Below, piece after piece: positions 27,501 to 35,595 of a stretch of 64,000 bases of DNA (its first letter is position 1; every line of letters begins with the position of its first letter). The notes beneath the pieces are model-generated. The model had not been told where the DNA came from. It searched no databases and saw only the letters and a list, made by a program, of their open reading frames with translations. A program made the translations under genes and the position numbers. Source of the DNA: a virus; IMG/VR virus record IMGVR_UViG_3300008050_000026, positions 1 to 64,000 of that record. One strand, 5' to 3'.

Positions 27501-27771
27501 TAAGACTACACCAACAACTCTTGATAAAATGAAAAAGAATGGTGAAGATTTTGTTGAAGATAAAGAATTCAATCTAAGTCAATTGGAAGGGTTTATTGGT
27601 GGAGAAGACAAAATGAAAGAAGCTGTTAAGAAACGAGCAGCAAAAGAAAAAGTTTCCAATGACGAAATGATGTGGGCAGATAATTACACCGAAACCCAAG
27701 AAAAATTAAAAACCGCAAAAGATGGTCTTAGTAAAATAGAAGCTAAGATGGGTGAAACTAAAAAGAAATAG
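24586..27771 (+). CDS. cargo polyprotein: RelA/SpoT-type synthetase, transglutaminase/papain-like domain, Nudix hydrolase, acidic domain
   Basis: ATG 24586 (MNDIIEK|S); K..R...K, DILRST, GYQG, VELQVNT, GHKYYE; KECFGNS/EHAW/YDPT; Nudix box GKIEQGETQDEGALRELLEETNI. Confidence 0.8.
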   Translation: MNDIIEKSPAGVYVNNPKNKKLGRVGARYGTSKTAGEYYGKTVKHFKEYSNAINNIASELGGVAIVAPPKKLERVQYKAKHEYGGDFKKVKDILRSTIVIGRSKALELCDTIRKKYPCVKAYVNFSSEGYQGANFVFSFKGFPVELQVNTPVNMVLKQGHDDNPALKNAYDMINSAGIPTGLGHKYYEKLRQAGLSEETNTIGTNLMNKYYNYRELFMLRDELTKASKHGHGKKRKPIVVYNKKTGKTYTRNQIVGDKLEEHETKHPINEFLRGLTKLSAGKQAEFFKWERDNAKYVEVNPISDLPQDVQDNIWATGPKIKECFGNSARIAMGGIKGAKYVEGFVSFAGVIPLEHAWVKIGDKYYDPTAEGPLKGGSDMGHYTALIELNEDEVLDYMVKERKHGPWVGSYYYNNNVMKKGLLSTLLNPFTKLFDKPEYPENICKSSDETTFKNYADCILVNEKGQLLLLLRADGDFYPRHWCLPGGKIEQGETQDEGALRELLEETNIKPVGYNFLREYDNGDGTTSSYYEVHCSENDLMILDNSEHYNWCWVDQVELEKLPLILSLQERLVDLLPLTTFGMFQANPFTMTSIIEQETNNISPQLQAKHQKEDAAYYIIKTAYDNGQLGEAAFLKASSQYTEIKKGRPAQIGEIREWGGVKKQKTANGWVPVKSGKKGAKVEDEGKDEKTAKPEDEKTQHSEEELAGHAQNASEADLKKTVSNSKDEKLRVAAQKELQRRTEQSDEITGKNKDEDADGWAKKDGEDKKGAGGEAKTPEHDYSEDEDGFHEQVSRARKAYDNPMDDKMKDHAKSFLDGAKDHKKKMGFGSEPEDKSVEKEKSDNAKMKQVMDFLDGEHGGASLEPVKGKPGLWRDSENDILDKKDIIALHEQFDKEGLFEEEGISPDSGKDDDGYQEWLESRNWRKPQAEIDAEEKAKKEETTEKAGDQLLEDLGIGYSTDTYSIFLSDGVSSKTTPTTLDKMKKNGEDFVEDKEFNLSQLEGFIGGEDKMKEAVKKRAAKEKVSNDEMMWADNYTETQEKLKTAKDGLSKIEAKMGETKKK

Positions 27772-27773
27772 TT

Positions 27774-27781
27774 TAGATTTG
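27774..27781 (+). promoter_or_regulatory. Bacteroidota-type -7 promoter element (near-leaderless)
   Basis: TAGATTTG 5 nt before protease ATG. Confidence 0.55.
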
Positions 27782-27786
27782 TAAAG

Positions 27787-29430
27787 ATGAAAGCTGCAAA
27801 AGATAACTTCAAATTCTTTATACCTGCCGATTTTGTAAAAGGCATTGATGATGATGGTCATGAGACTATGATGATCAAGGGAGTAGCTTCTACCAATAGA
27901 AAGGACTCACAAGGTGAAATACTCGATGTGAATGGTTTCGATCTTACTGATTTCTCGGTTATCAATTGGAACCATAAGGGAAAGGATGACGCAGGAGCTA
28001 TAATTGGCGAACCTACCAAAGCTGAGGTAAAAGGGAACAAGTTATTGATTGAAGGCATGCTTTATCCAGAAATGCCAATGGCGAAAGCTGTATTCAATTT
28101 AATGAAGGCATATAAGAACTCCCCTACAGGAAAACAACTTGGACTATCAATTGAAGGAAAGGCATTGTCAAGAGATAATGTAAACCCAAAGAAAATCAAT
28201 AGGGCCAAAGTAACAGGGGTTGCAGTATGTCCACATCCTATAAATGGGGATACAACTGTTGAACTATTGGAAAAAAGCTTTACACATGGAGATTTCGAGT
28301 TTGATGAAGATGAACTTGAAAGTGTAGAAAAAGCAAATGACTTCTGGTCCTTAATAGATAGTGATAGCAAATTCAAAGAATATGTTACTTCTAATAATAA
28401 GGAAGACAGAGCTGGTGGTGAAATTGGCGATATTACTGAGATAGAAAGGAATAGATTACTTAAAGCTTATACGGCAGCAGGTAACGTTCACGTATCTAAG
28501 GAGTCAGTAGAACACGATCCAAAAGGCATTGTAGATGGTAAAAAGAAAAATTTATCAAAATCTGATGTCTACGAAAAGATTTTTGATTATTTTGGTCCCG
28601 TCGAAACAAAAACGGCTCAAGGAATATACTCGTTAGTAGATAAAATTTCAACTATGGAAAAGCAACCTATCTCAGAAGACACTCTCAAAAAAGCAGAAGA
28701 AATCCTTAACCTTTCAACTGAGGAACTTATTAAGAAAGCAGCAGAAGATGGAGGCGATAAGATAAGTGATGATGATGAAGGTGACAAGAAAGATGGCGAA
28801 TATGAGGGAGAGGATGGAGTAGAAAAAGCAGAAGCATTTGCAAAATCAGAATTTGCAAAAGGAACCAAAGAAGCTGACATCGTCAGTACCTTAACTAAGG
28901 GAGGCCTTGGAATTGAAAAGGCACAAGCATGTGTCAAATCATGTGTTGCTGAAGCCAATCGAAAACGAGAAGGTGGAGACGTTACGACTTTGAAAAAATC
29001 ATTTGATGAGCAAACTGACATCATAAAAGGTTTCGGTGTTTCAATGGATCAAAAATTCTCAGCTGTCCTTGATATTATGAAAGGACAATCTGAAAAGATT
29101 AGCTCACTCGAAGAAATAAATAAAGGATTGGCTTCAGAAATTGAAGCATTTGGCAATTCAGGTGCCAAAAGGAAATCCGTTCCATCATTGAAGATGATCG
29201 AAAAATTCGAAAAATCTGTTGATGGTTCAGAAACGTATCAACTATCCAATAAGACTTCACGAGGATTACTTGTATCTCGCATCAATGAGGCTTCAGGCTT
29301 GAATGGTGGAGATCCAGATAAAGTGAATATGGCACTTGCAAGGGTAGCACAAGACATTGAATTGACCCAATCGGTTACTGCACCAGGGCTTCAGTTATTG
29401 AAGTCGCATCAAATCGAGGTTATCAAATAA
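27787..29430 (+). CDS. prohead protease fused to scaffold
   Basis: IKGVAST..DSQGE, INWNH, IIGEP, GLSIEG, VAVCPHPIN; charged helical C-half; directly upstream of capsid gene. Confidence 0.88.
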   Translation: MKAAKDNFKFFIPADFVKGIDDDGHETMMIKGVASTNRKDSQGEILDVNGFDLTDFSVINWNHKGKDDAGAIIGEPTKAEVKGNKLLIEGMLYPEMPMAKAVFNLMKAYKNSPTGKQLGLSIEGKALSRDNVNPKKINRAKVTGVAVCPHPINGDTTVELLEKSFTHGDFEFDEDELESVEKANDFWSLIDSDSKFKEYVTSNNKEDRAGGEIGDITEIERNRLLKAYTAAGNVHVSKESVEHDPKGIVDGKKKNLSKSDVYEKIFDYFGPVETKTAQGIYSLVDKISTMEKQPISEDTLKKAEEILNLSTEELIKKAAEDGGDKISDDDEGDKKDGEYEGEDGVEKAEAFAKSEFAKGTKEADIVSTLTKGGLGIEKAQACVKSCVAEANRKREGGDVTTLKKSFDEQTDIIKGFGVSMDQKFSAVLDIMKGQSEKISSLEEINKGLASEIEAFGNSGAKRKSVPSLKMIEKFEKSVDGSETYQLSNKTSRGLLVSRINEASGLNGGDPDKVNMALARVAQDIELTQSVTAPGLQLLKSHQIEVIK

Positions 29431-29466
29431 ACAATCGTTAAAGAAACAAGTTAAAGACTAAAAGCT

Positions 29467-30942
29467 ATGGACGCAAAATTAGCAGATTATTTAGATGTCG
29501 AAGGCTTTGGCAGCGAAGGCGGAGTTGAGGAACTCTTGAAAGCGATGCAAGCTGGTGCTATTACAGGTCGTGATACCACAAATCAGGCATTAACCCAGGA
29601 ACCACTCAAAGTGGAAAGCTTGGAAACGACCCTTAAACTTCTTGATTTCAGGATGAAAGATATTCGCCTGATGAACAAGATGCCAAAACTTACAGCCTAC
29701 AACACGGTTGAAGAGTTCTTGCAACTTGAAAGCTATGGAGCTGATCGAGGGGGTTTCTATAACGAAGGAGAACTATCCGATGTTGAGGATAGCACTTACG
29801 TAAGACGTTCTGAACTTATCAAGTACATCCAAGTTACGGGTGAGGTTACCTTGCAAGCTCAGATGGTTCGTTCTTATGTGGATGCGATGAGGAAAGAGGT
29901 TGAAAACAAGACCATGTGGGTTTTGCGAAAAGCCAACTCAGCAATGACCAAAGGAAATGAAGATCATATCGGTCAGGAATGGAACGGACTTTATAAACAA
30001 CACGCAGCAATTGGTGTTGGTGCCGGCTTCCTATATAATACTATAGAGGAGTATTACAATTCCAATGTAGTGATTGACCTTCGTGGAAGATCATTGGTCC
30101 AACAAGATGTTGAAAATGCAGCTGTTATCGTGGATGACAACTACGGAACTCCAACTGATCTATTTGCTGTCCCAGGTGTTATCTCAGCTCTGGCCCAAGA
30201 TTATTACCAAGACCAACGTATCCTACAACAAGGAACGGCAGTTAATGGTGTAATTGGTACTTCGCCAAAAGCTATCTCCACAACTATGGGGGATGTGGCT
30301 TTGAGTTCTGATAAGTTCATGGCGCAACAAGGACAACGTCAAACAAAATTGCTTACGGATGGAGCAACATCGACCAAAGCACCAAATTCGCCAGTAACTG
30401 GTGGAGCACCTGCAGTGGTTGTTGATCCAATTTCCAAATACATTGCGGCAGAAGCTGGAAATGCTTTCTATGCTGTTAGTGGTATCAATCGATTTGGTGA
30501 ATCTGCATTGACCATATTAGATGCTGCGGCAGTTGCGATAGTTGCTGGAGGAGCTGTTGATTGTACATTTGTATCTGGTGGAGGAGCAGTTCCGGCAACA
30601 GGTTACACTATTTATAGAACATTGATAGGTGCACCAAGCACAGGAACCTTCTATCCAATCTTCACTGTTTCGGCAGCTGAAGTTGCTGCAGGATACGATG
30701 GAGGTGGTGTTGGAGTTATTAGAGATCGAGGGCGAGCTCTTCCAAACACTGAAACTGCATTCATGACAGAAATGATAGATGATGTCCTTTCATTGAAACA
30801 ACTTGCACCAATCTCGAAATTGGATCTTGCTGTATTGTCAATGAGTAGACGTTTCATCAACTTCATGTTTGCAACGCCACATTTGTATACTCCACGAAAG
30901 CTTGTGAAGTTCATCAACGTTGCCACTACCCTCACACCATAA
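29467..30942 (+). CDS. major capsid protein
   Basis: 491 aa; EELLK|AMQAG propeptide, LKVESLE motif of SPO1/K-like capsids; followed by terminator. Confidence 0.92.
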   Translation: MDAKLADYLDVEGFGSEGGVEELLKAMQAGAITGRDTTNQALTQEPLKVESLETTLKLLDFRMKDIRLMNKMPKLTAYNTVEEFLQLESYGADRGGFYNEGELSDVEDSTYVRRSELIKYIQVTGEVTLQAQMVRSYVDAMRKEVENKTMWVLRKANSAMTKGNEDHIGQEWNGLYKQHAAIGVGAGFLYNTIEEYYNSNVVIDLRGRSLVQQDVENAAVIVDDNYGTPTDLFAVPGVISALAQDYYQDQRILQQGTAVNGVIGTSPKAISTTMGDVALSSDKFMAQQGQRQTKLLTDGATSTKAPNSPVTGGAPAVVVDPISKYIAAEAGNAFYAVSGINRFGESALTILDAAAVAIVAGGAVDCTFVSGGGAVPATGYTIYRTLIGAPSTGTFYPIFTVSAAEVAAGYDGGGVGVIRDRGRALPNTETAFMTEMIDDVLSLKQLAPISKLDLAVLSMSRRFINFMFATPHLYTPRKLVKFINVATTLTP

Positions 30943-30966
30943 GGGGTAACAACATAATTACTTAAG

Positions 30967-30996
30967 AAAGGGATCCTATCATGGGTCCCTTTTTTG
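30967..30996 (+). terminator. rho-independent terminator after capsid gene
   Basis: AAAGGGATCC-TATCAT-GGGTCCCTTT followed by T-run. Confidence 0.85.
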
Positions 30997-30999
30997 TTT

Positions 31000-31007
31000 T
31001 ATATTTG
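31000..31007 (+). promoter_or_regulatory. Bacteroidota-type -7 promoter element
   Basis: TATATTTG directly after terminator. Confidence 0.65.
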
Positions 31008-31033
31008 TTAGGAACTAATCAAAAAAATATCGT

Positions 31034-31531
31034 ATGAAAACTCAAATCAAAACATCAGACATAAAATTAGCAGGATTGGCATTGAATGTTCCATTTCTTG
31101 GAAAGATCGAATTCGATGAAGACTGTATTGCTGTTACTGATGATGCAGAAGGTGCCAAACAGCTCGCTGAGATTGTTGAACATATTTCAGTAATCAAGAC
31201 TGGAAAGGCTAAAAAGGCAACACCTGCAAAGGTTGAAACCAAGAAGGAAGAAAAGGTTGAGGAGAAAGTAGAAGAACCCGCTAATGAAAAAGTGGATGAA
31301 GGTTCACCTGACATAGCACAAACTCCTCCAGATGAAGATGATGGTCCTGACGCTGATGCTACTAATGATGGTCCTACGGTTGATGAAATGGTTGCTCATG
31401 TCAAGACTTTGAAATTCAAGGAATTGAAAGTAATGGCCAATGATAACTATCCAACTGAGGATAAAGTTTGGAAAAAATTGAAAAGCACCAAAAAGCTTTG
31501 TGACTACATCGTAGGAAAGTTACAGGAATAA
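31034..31531 (+). CDS. hypothetical protein (post-capsid position)
   Basis: 165 aa with charged low-complexity linker. Confidence 0.7.
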   Translation: MKTQIKTSDIKLAGLALNVPFLGKIEFDEDCIAVTDDAEGAKQLAEIVEHISVIKTGKAKKATPAKVETKKEEKVEEKVEEPANEKVDEGSPDIAQTPPDEDDGPDADATNDGPTVDEMVAHVKTLKFKELKVMANDNYPTEDKVWKKLKSTKKLCDYIVGKLQE

Positions 31532-31535
31532 ATAG

Positions 31536-32327
31536 ATGCCAACTCTTAATTACAGTTTCAAATTCAAAAAAAATACTGGCCTTGTAATTTCTGCCAGTGA
31601 AATGCGTGATGATTATCTATTTGGTGTTGTTATTGAAGACAACGATGGTAGGGAATTGGGCGATGAGGTATTTGAAAAGTATGTAAGAGCAGCATCAGAT
31701 TTTTTCGAAAGATTACTCGACATCAAGTTTGAAAAACAAGTTGTTGATGAGTCGTTCCATTTCAATCATACAGATTGGCAACAATGGGCATATCTGAAAA
31801 CTACGTATCCAGTTGATTGTGCATTTGAACTTACTGGTTTTTTGAATACGATCAAACAGGTTGAATATCCACCTGAGTGGTTACAGACAAGGAGAACCAA
31901 CAACAAAGCAAATGGTAATCATCGTAGAATAACAGTTGTTCCAGCAGGAAATTCAGCCCAAGCAACATTTCAAGTAATATTCTCAGGAATAGTACCTCAG
32001 CTTGGTTATATGAACATGCGAATAATTCCTGATTATTGGAGCGTTGTCTATACAACTGGCTTTGATGAAATTCCTTATGAGTTATTAGACGCTGTAGGTA
32101 AGATGGCATCCTTGGGAATGTTCAATATTGCTGGAGATTTGATCTTGGGAGCAGGTATTGCAAACTTCTCACTTGGTTTAGATGGTTTGAGTCAATCAAT
32201 AGGTACTACATCTTCAGCAACAAATGCAGGTTATGGTGCAAGGATCACTACCTACAAGGACGAATTGAAAAAATTACTACCACAGCTTAAGGATTTCTAT
32301 AAAGGTCTCGTATTTACAGTCGCATAA
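31536..32327 (+). CDS. head-tail adaptor/neck protein
   Basis: Position; YTTGF..IP..L, LGAGIA..SLGLDGLSQS..TTSSA..GYGARI as in K-like neck proteins. Confidence 0.75.
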   Translation: MPTLNYSFKFKKNTGLVISASEMRDDYLFGVVIEDNDGRELGDEVFEKYVRAASDFFERLLDIKFEKQVVDESFHFNHTDWQQWAYLKTTYPVDCAFELTGFLNTIKQVEYPPEWLQTRRTNNKANGNHRRITVVPAGNSAQATFQVIFSGIVPQLGYMNMRIIPDYWSVVYTTGFDEIPYELLDAVGKMASLGMFNIAGDLILGAGIANFSLGLDGLSQSIGTTSSATNAGYGARITTYKDELKKLLPQLKDFYKGLVFTVA

Positions 32328-33109
32328 TGGTTCAAATAGCACAAACACCAGCATTAACAAATTCAGGTGTTGAGTTCCAGAAAAGCAAATTCGACGAACT
32401 CATCTGGAAAAAAGGTTATGAGGCTATAATTGAAAAAGCTATTTATTGTCCATGTAGAGATGAAGGCGGGCATCAACAATCAATATGCAGGAATTGCGGG
32501 GGTTCAGGTTGGTTATTCATAAATCCTATAGAAGACAGATTTGTGATGTATTCTATGAACCTGCAAACGCAATTCAGAGCTTGGAGTAGGGAGGAGATAG
32601 GAACAACTGCAATATCAGCTATGTCCAGGGTTGAGTTCACATTCATGGATAGGTTGACAATCAAGGATGCTCATAATATCTTCAATGAATTTGTATTTCC
32701 ACAATTGGATGCAGAAGGAGATGATTTCTTTGCATTTCTGTCCTATGAGATAGTTGAGATCCAGTATGCTGCAATGTTCGTTGCTACTGAACAAAAGCTT
32801 AGAATACTTGTTGAGGGAACAGATTTTACTATTGCAAATGGAAATGTTCTACTATTCAATAAGGATTTAAGGAACGAGGTAAGCGATAAGGTTTCTGTAA
32901 CTATCAGGTACAAACACAAAGCCCAGTATCATATCATTGATGTAAATCGTGAGTTCATGTCCTCTTGGGTTCAGGATGATGGAAAAGAAAAGCAAATCAG
33001 ATTGCCAATCTCAGCTGTAGGTAGAAGAGCACATTTTCAGATGGATAAAGATAATTGGAAAAACACTAATATACTTGACAATGAGACGAGTCAGTACTTC
33101 CAAGTATGA
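32327..33109 (+). CDS. neck/head-closure protein
   Basis: EKAIYCPC..CRNCGGSGW motif; position. Confidence 0.75.
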   Translation: MVQIAQTPALTNSGVEFQKSKFDELIWKKGYEAIIEKAIYCPCRDEGGHQQSICRNCGGSGWLFINPIEDRFVMYSMNLQTQFRAWSREEIGTTAISAMSRVEFTFMDRLTIKDAHNIFNEFVFPQLDAEGDDFFAFLSYEIVEIQYAAMFVATEQKLRILVEGTDFTIANGNVLLFNKDLRNEVSDKVSVTIRYKHKAQYHIIDVNREFMSSWVQDDGKEKQIRLPISAVGRRAHFQMDKDNWKNTNILDNETSQYFQV

Positions 33110-33885
33110 TACCAATAGTAATAGATACCAGACCATTAGTCGAACAGTTTGCCCTTAGTAGATCAGAAGTCGATATCCTTATCGATGAGTCAGTAAAATA
33201 CGTTGTATCAAAATTTGCTGAATATTGGGAACTTGCAGCTCAACAGAAATTAAAGAAAACACGTCAAAGGTATATCAATAGCCTGAAGGTTATAGATACA
33301 GGTAGGATGACAGGTGCAGTAGTACTTGATTATACCCAAGACAAGATTGTACGTTTCGTTGAAGAAGGCATAGGTGCTTTTGATATGAAAGCAGGATTTG
33401 AACGTTCTGCCAAAAAGAAGTTCACAAAGAAAGGAGGATGGTACTTGACTATTCCTTTTACGTATGCTACACCTGATGCTATTGGCGAATCTTCAGTTTT
33501 TAATGCTAAATTGCCTTTCTCAATACATGAGGTGGCTAAGGAGCTGGATGGCGTACCTGTACAAATAGGTGATATTCCAAACAAATACCAGATAAAGAAA
33601 GTAAGGCCACCTATTACAAATCTTGGGTTGCGTGAGTCATTTGATAAATATGCCCATAAGACAAATATTTACCAAGGTGTTGCGAAAAGAGGTAATTTTG
33701 ATGGTAAGCCAACCTATATGTCTTTCAGAAGAGTTTCAAGCAATTCAGATGATCTTAGTTGGATACATACTGGAATAAACGCTTATAATCTTGCAACTGA
33801 TGCAAAAAGTACGTTGGATAGGAATTTTGAGGATGTGATGGGGGAAGCAATAAACAAGGCTTTAGAACACATGGGCTATGAATAA
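33106..33885 (+). CDS. putative tail completion protein
   Basis: GGWYLTIPF, YMSFRRVSSNS..SWIH; position between neck and sheath. Confidence 0.65.
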   Translation: MIPIVIDTRPLVEQFALSRSEVDILIDESVKYVVSKFAEYWELAAQQKLKKTRQRYINSLKVIDTGRMTGAVVLDYTQDKIVRFVEEGIGAFDMKAGFERSAKKKFTKKGGWYLTIPFTYATPDAIGESSVFNAKLPFSIHEVAKELDGVPVQIGDIPNKYQIKKVRPPITNLGLRESFDKYAHKTNIYQGVAKRGNFDGKPTYMSFRRVSSNSDDLSWIHTGINAYNLATDAKSTLDRNFEDVMGEAINKALEHMGYE

Positions 33886-34198
33886 GGATTGGATAAAAAA
33901 TAATTTGATGTGGTTAACACCAGTTGTTTTATCGGCTTTAGGTGGTGCAGGTACTGGAATAACCTATGCAGCAAAATCGTTTATTTCTTATGAACAATCT
34001 GCTGGATATGAACAAGCAAGAAAAGATTTTCAACCAAAAATAGATACATTACGAAATGAAAAACATGCGATCTATGAGAAGTATAATGGTTCAATGCTTG
34101 ATGCTATGCGCTTGCGTGTTAAGCTCGAACATTGTGAAGGCTCAGAAACAACAGAGCCAGAAGATGAACAATGGGACTTTTCGGGGGTACAACCTTGA
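33878..34198 (+). CDS. membrane-anchored hypothetical protein
   Basis: N-terminal hydrophobic/Gly segment plus short coiled coil. Confidence 0.55.
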   Translation: MNKDWIKNNLMWLTPVVLSALGGAGTGITYAAKSFISYEQSAGYEQARKDFQPKIDTLRNEKHAIYEKYNGSMLDAMRLRVKLEHCEGSETTEPEDEQWDFSGVQP

Positions 34199-34364
34199 AA
34201 CTGAGAATATCATAATTTACGATTATGAAACTTTGACACCTGTTGATAGTTTACACATTACTGAAGAGTTGAGGAAAATCCAAGGTATTAAGGATCCAGA
34301 CTTTAGGAATGAAGAAATAGAGGACGTATACGAAACAGTTAAAGAAGCAAAAAATCCAGAATGA
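34086..34364 (+). CDS. hypothetical protein (start uncertain)
   Basis: Overlaps previous ORF; ends in ATGA overlap with 34361. Confidence 0.45.
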   Translation: MVQCLMLCACVLSSNIVKAQKQQSQKMNNGTFRGYNLETENIIIYDYETLTPVDSLHITEELRKIQGIKDPDFRNEEIEDVYETVKEAKNPE

Positions 34365-35059
34365 TAGTACCAGAACAAATCGTAAGGGATGCATTAGAAA
34401 AGATCTTGGATTTCATTAAAACAGATTTTGATACTGCATCTAATGAAAGTGAAAGTTATCTGCATAGAGTGTTGGGTCTTGATGATGACTTGAAATTGAC
34501 TAACAGGTATGAGTTCTATAAACAAGCAAAAGCGCTATTTACAGATCAACCTGATGGTAGACGAAGATTGAAAACTCATTTGTTCTTCAATGCTGAACGA
34601 CATGGAGCACCTACAATGCATATCATGCCTTCAAATGATACACCTACACCAAGTGGAATTGGTTTGAACCAAGGAAATTATGAAGGAATTGTGTCTGGAG
34701 ATGAAGATGGATATTTGAACGAGTTGATGACAAGGGCATATACTTCACAGATGCCAATGGTATTCACATCAGATAATCCTTCTGAAGTTCTCATGATGTA
34801 TTATTTCGTAAGACAGCTTCTAATACCAATGTTCAATCATTTTGAAATGAAAGGTTTGAAGAACTGTACAGTTAGTGGTGCACCAATTAATATAGAAGAA
34901 CATTTAGTACCAAAAGGAATTTTTGCGAAACAGTTAACTATGACCTATTATAATGAACTGAATTCGGTAAACTTTTATACTTTAGCAAAAATCAATGATC
35001 TCAATTTCATTCAAATAATTCAGGATGCCTTCGAAGACAATTCCATTAGCGGCTCGTAA
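34361..35059 (+). CDS. putative tail terminator protein
   Basis: 232 aa; position before sheath. Confidence 0.55.
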   Translation: MIVPEQIVRDALEKILDFIKTDFDTASNESESYLHRVLGLDDDLKLTNRYEFYKQAKALFTDQPDGRRRLKTHLFFNAERHGAPTMHIMPSNDTPTPSGIGLNQGNYEGIVSGDEDGYLNELMTRAYTSQMPMVFTSDNPSEVLMMYYFVRQLLIPMFNHFEMKGLKNCTVSGAPINIEEHLVPKGIFAKQLTMTYYNELNSVNFYTLAKINDLNFIQIIQDAFEDNSISGS

Positions 35060-35543
35060 AGGAGTTCAAGTAGAAGATGGCAAAGTAATTGCTGTCTATC
35101 AAAGAGGAGATAGTTGGAAACCATATTCAGATCAAGAGTCTGATAATGCTATCGAACTAATTGACAAATACCTTGATGGATTGAAAGGACCTAAAGCAAC
35201 TGAGGCTTCTGAAGTCAGTAAGACGACTGAAGATAAACTTCAGGACAAAATTGAAGATCTTGAAGAAACTATTGATGCAGTTGAAGACTTGGTTGAAGAT
35301 CTTAAGGCTGAAAAAGCCAGACGCCCACGAAATATTCAGGAGCAAGTAACGAGTCATATTCGTGAAATTGGTGCAGAGCAGTTGTTATTGGATAACCCAG
35401 TAAACCTATCTACAGTTCTTCGTCAAGTTACTATTGCTCAACCAAATTCGGTAAGATTTCTTAAGAAAAAGTATGGTAATGCTACATTCACATACTCTCA
35501 ATGGAAAGAACTTTTCCTAAAAGAAAACGTCATCGATAGTTAA
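35025..35543 (+). CDS. hypothetical protein with coiled coil
   Basis: 172 aa; LQDKIEDLEETIDAVEDLVEDL heptads. Confidence 0.6.
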   Translation: MPSKTIPLAARKGVQVEDGKVIAVYQRGDSWKPYSDQESDNAIELIDKYLDGLKGPKATEASEVSKTTEDKLQDKIEDLEETIDAVEDLVEDLKAEKARRPRNIQEQVTSHIREIGAEQLLLDNPVNLSTVLRQVTIAQPNSVRFLKKKYGNATFTYSQWKELFLKENVIDS

Positions 35544-35549
35544 AATGAT

Positions 35550-35557
35550 TATATTTG
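35550..35557 (+). promoter_or_regulatory. Bacteroidota-type -7 promoter element
   Basis: TATATTTG upstream of sheath. Confidence 0.65.
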
Positions 35558-35595
35558 ACACAGATAACATCGGTCTTTTTGAAGATAATTAGATA

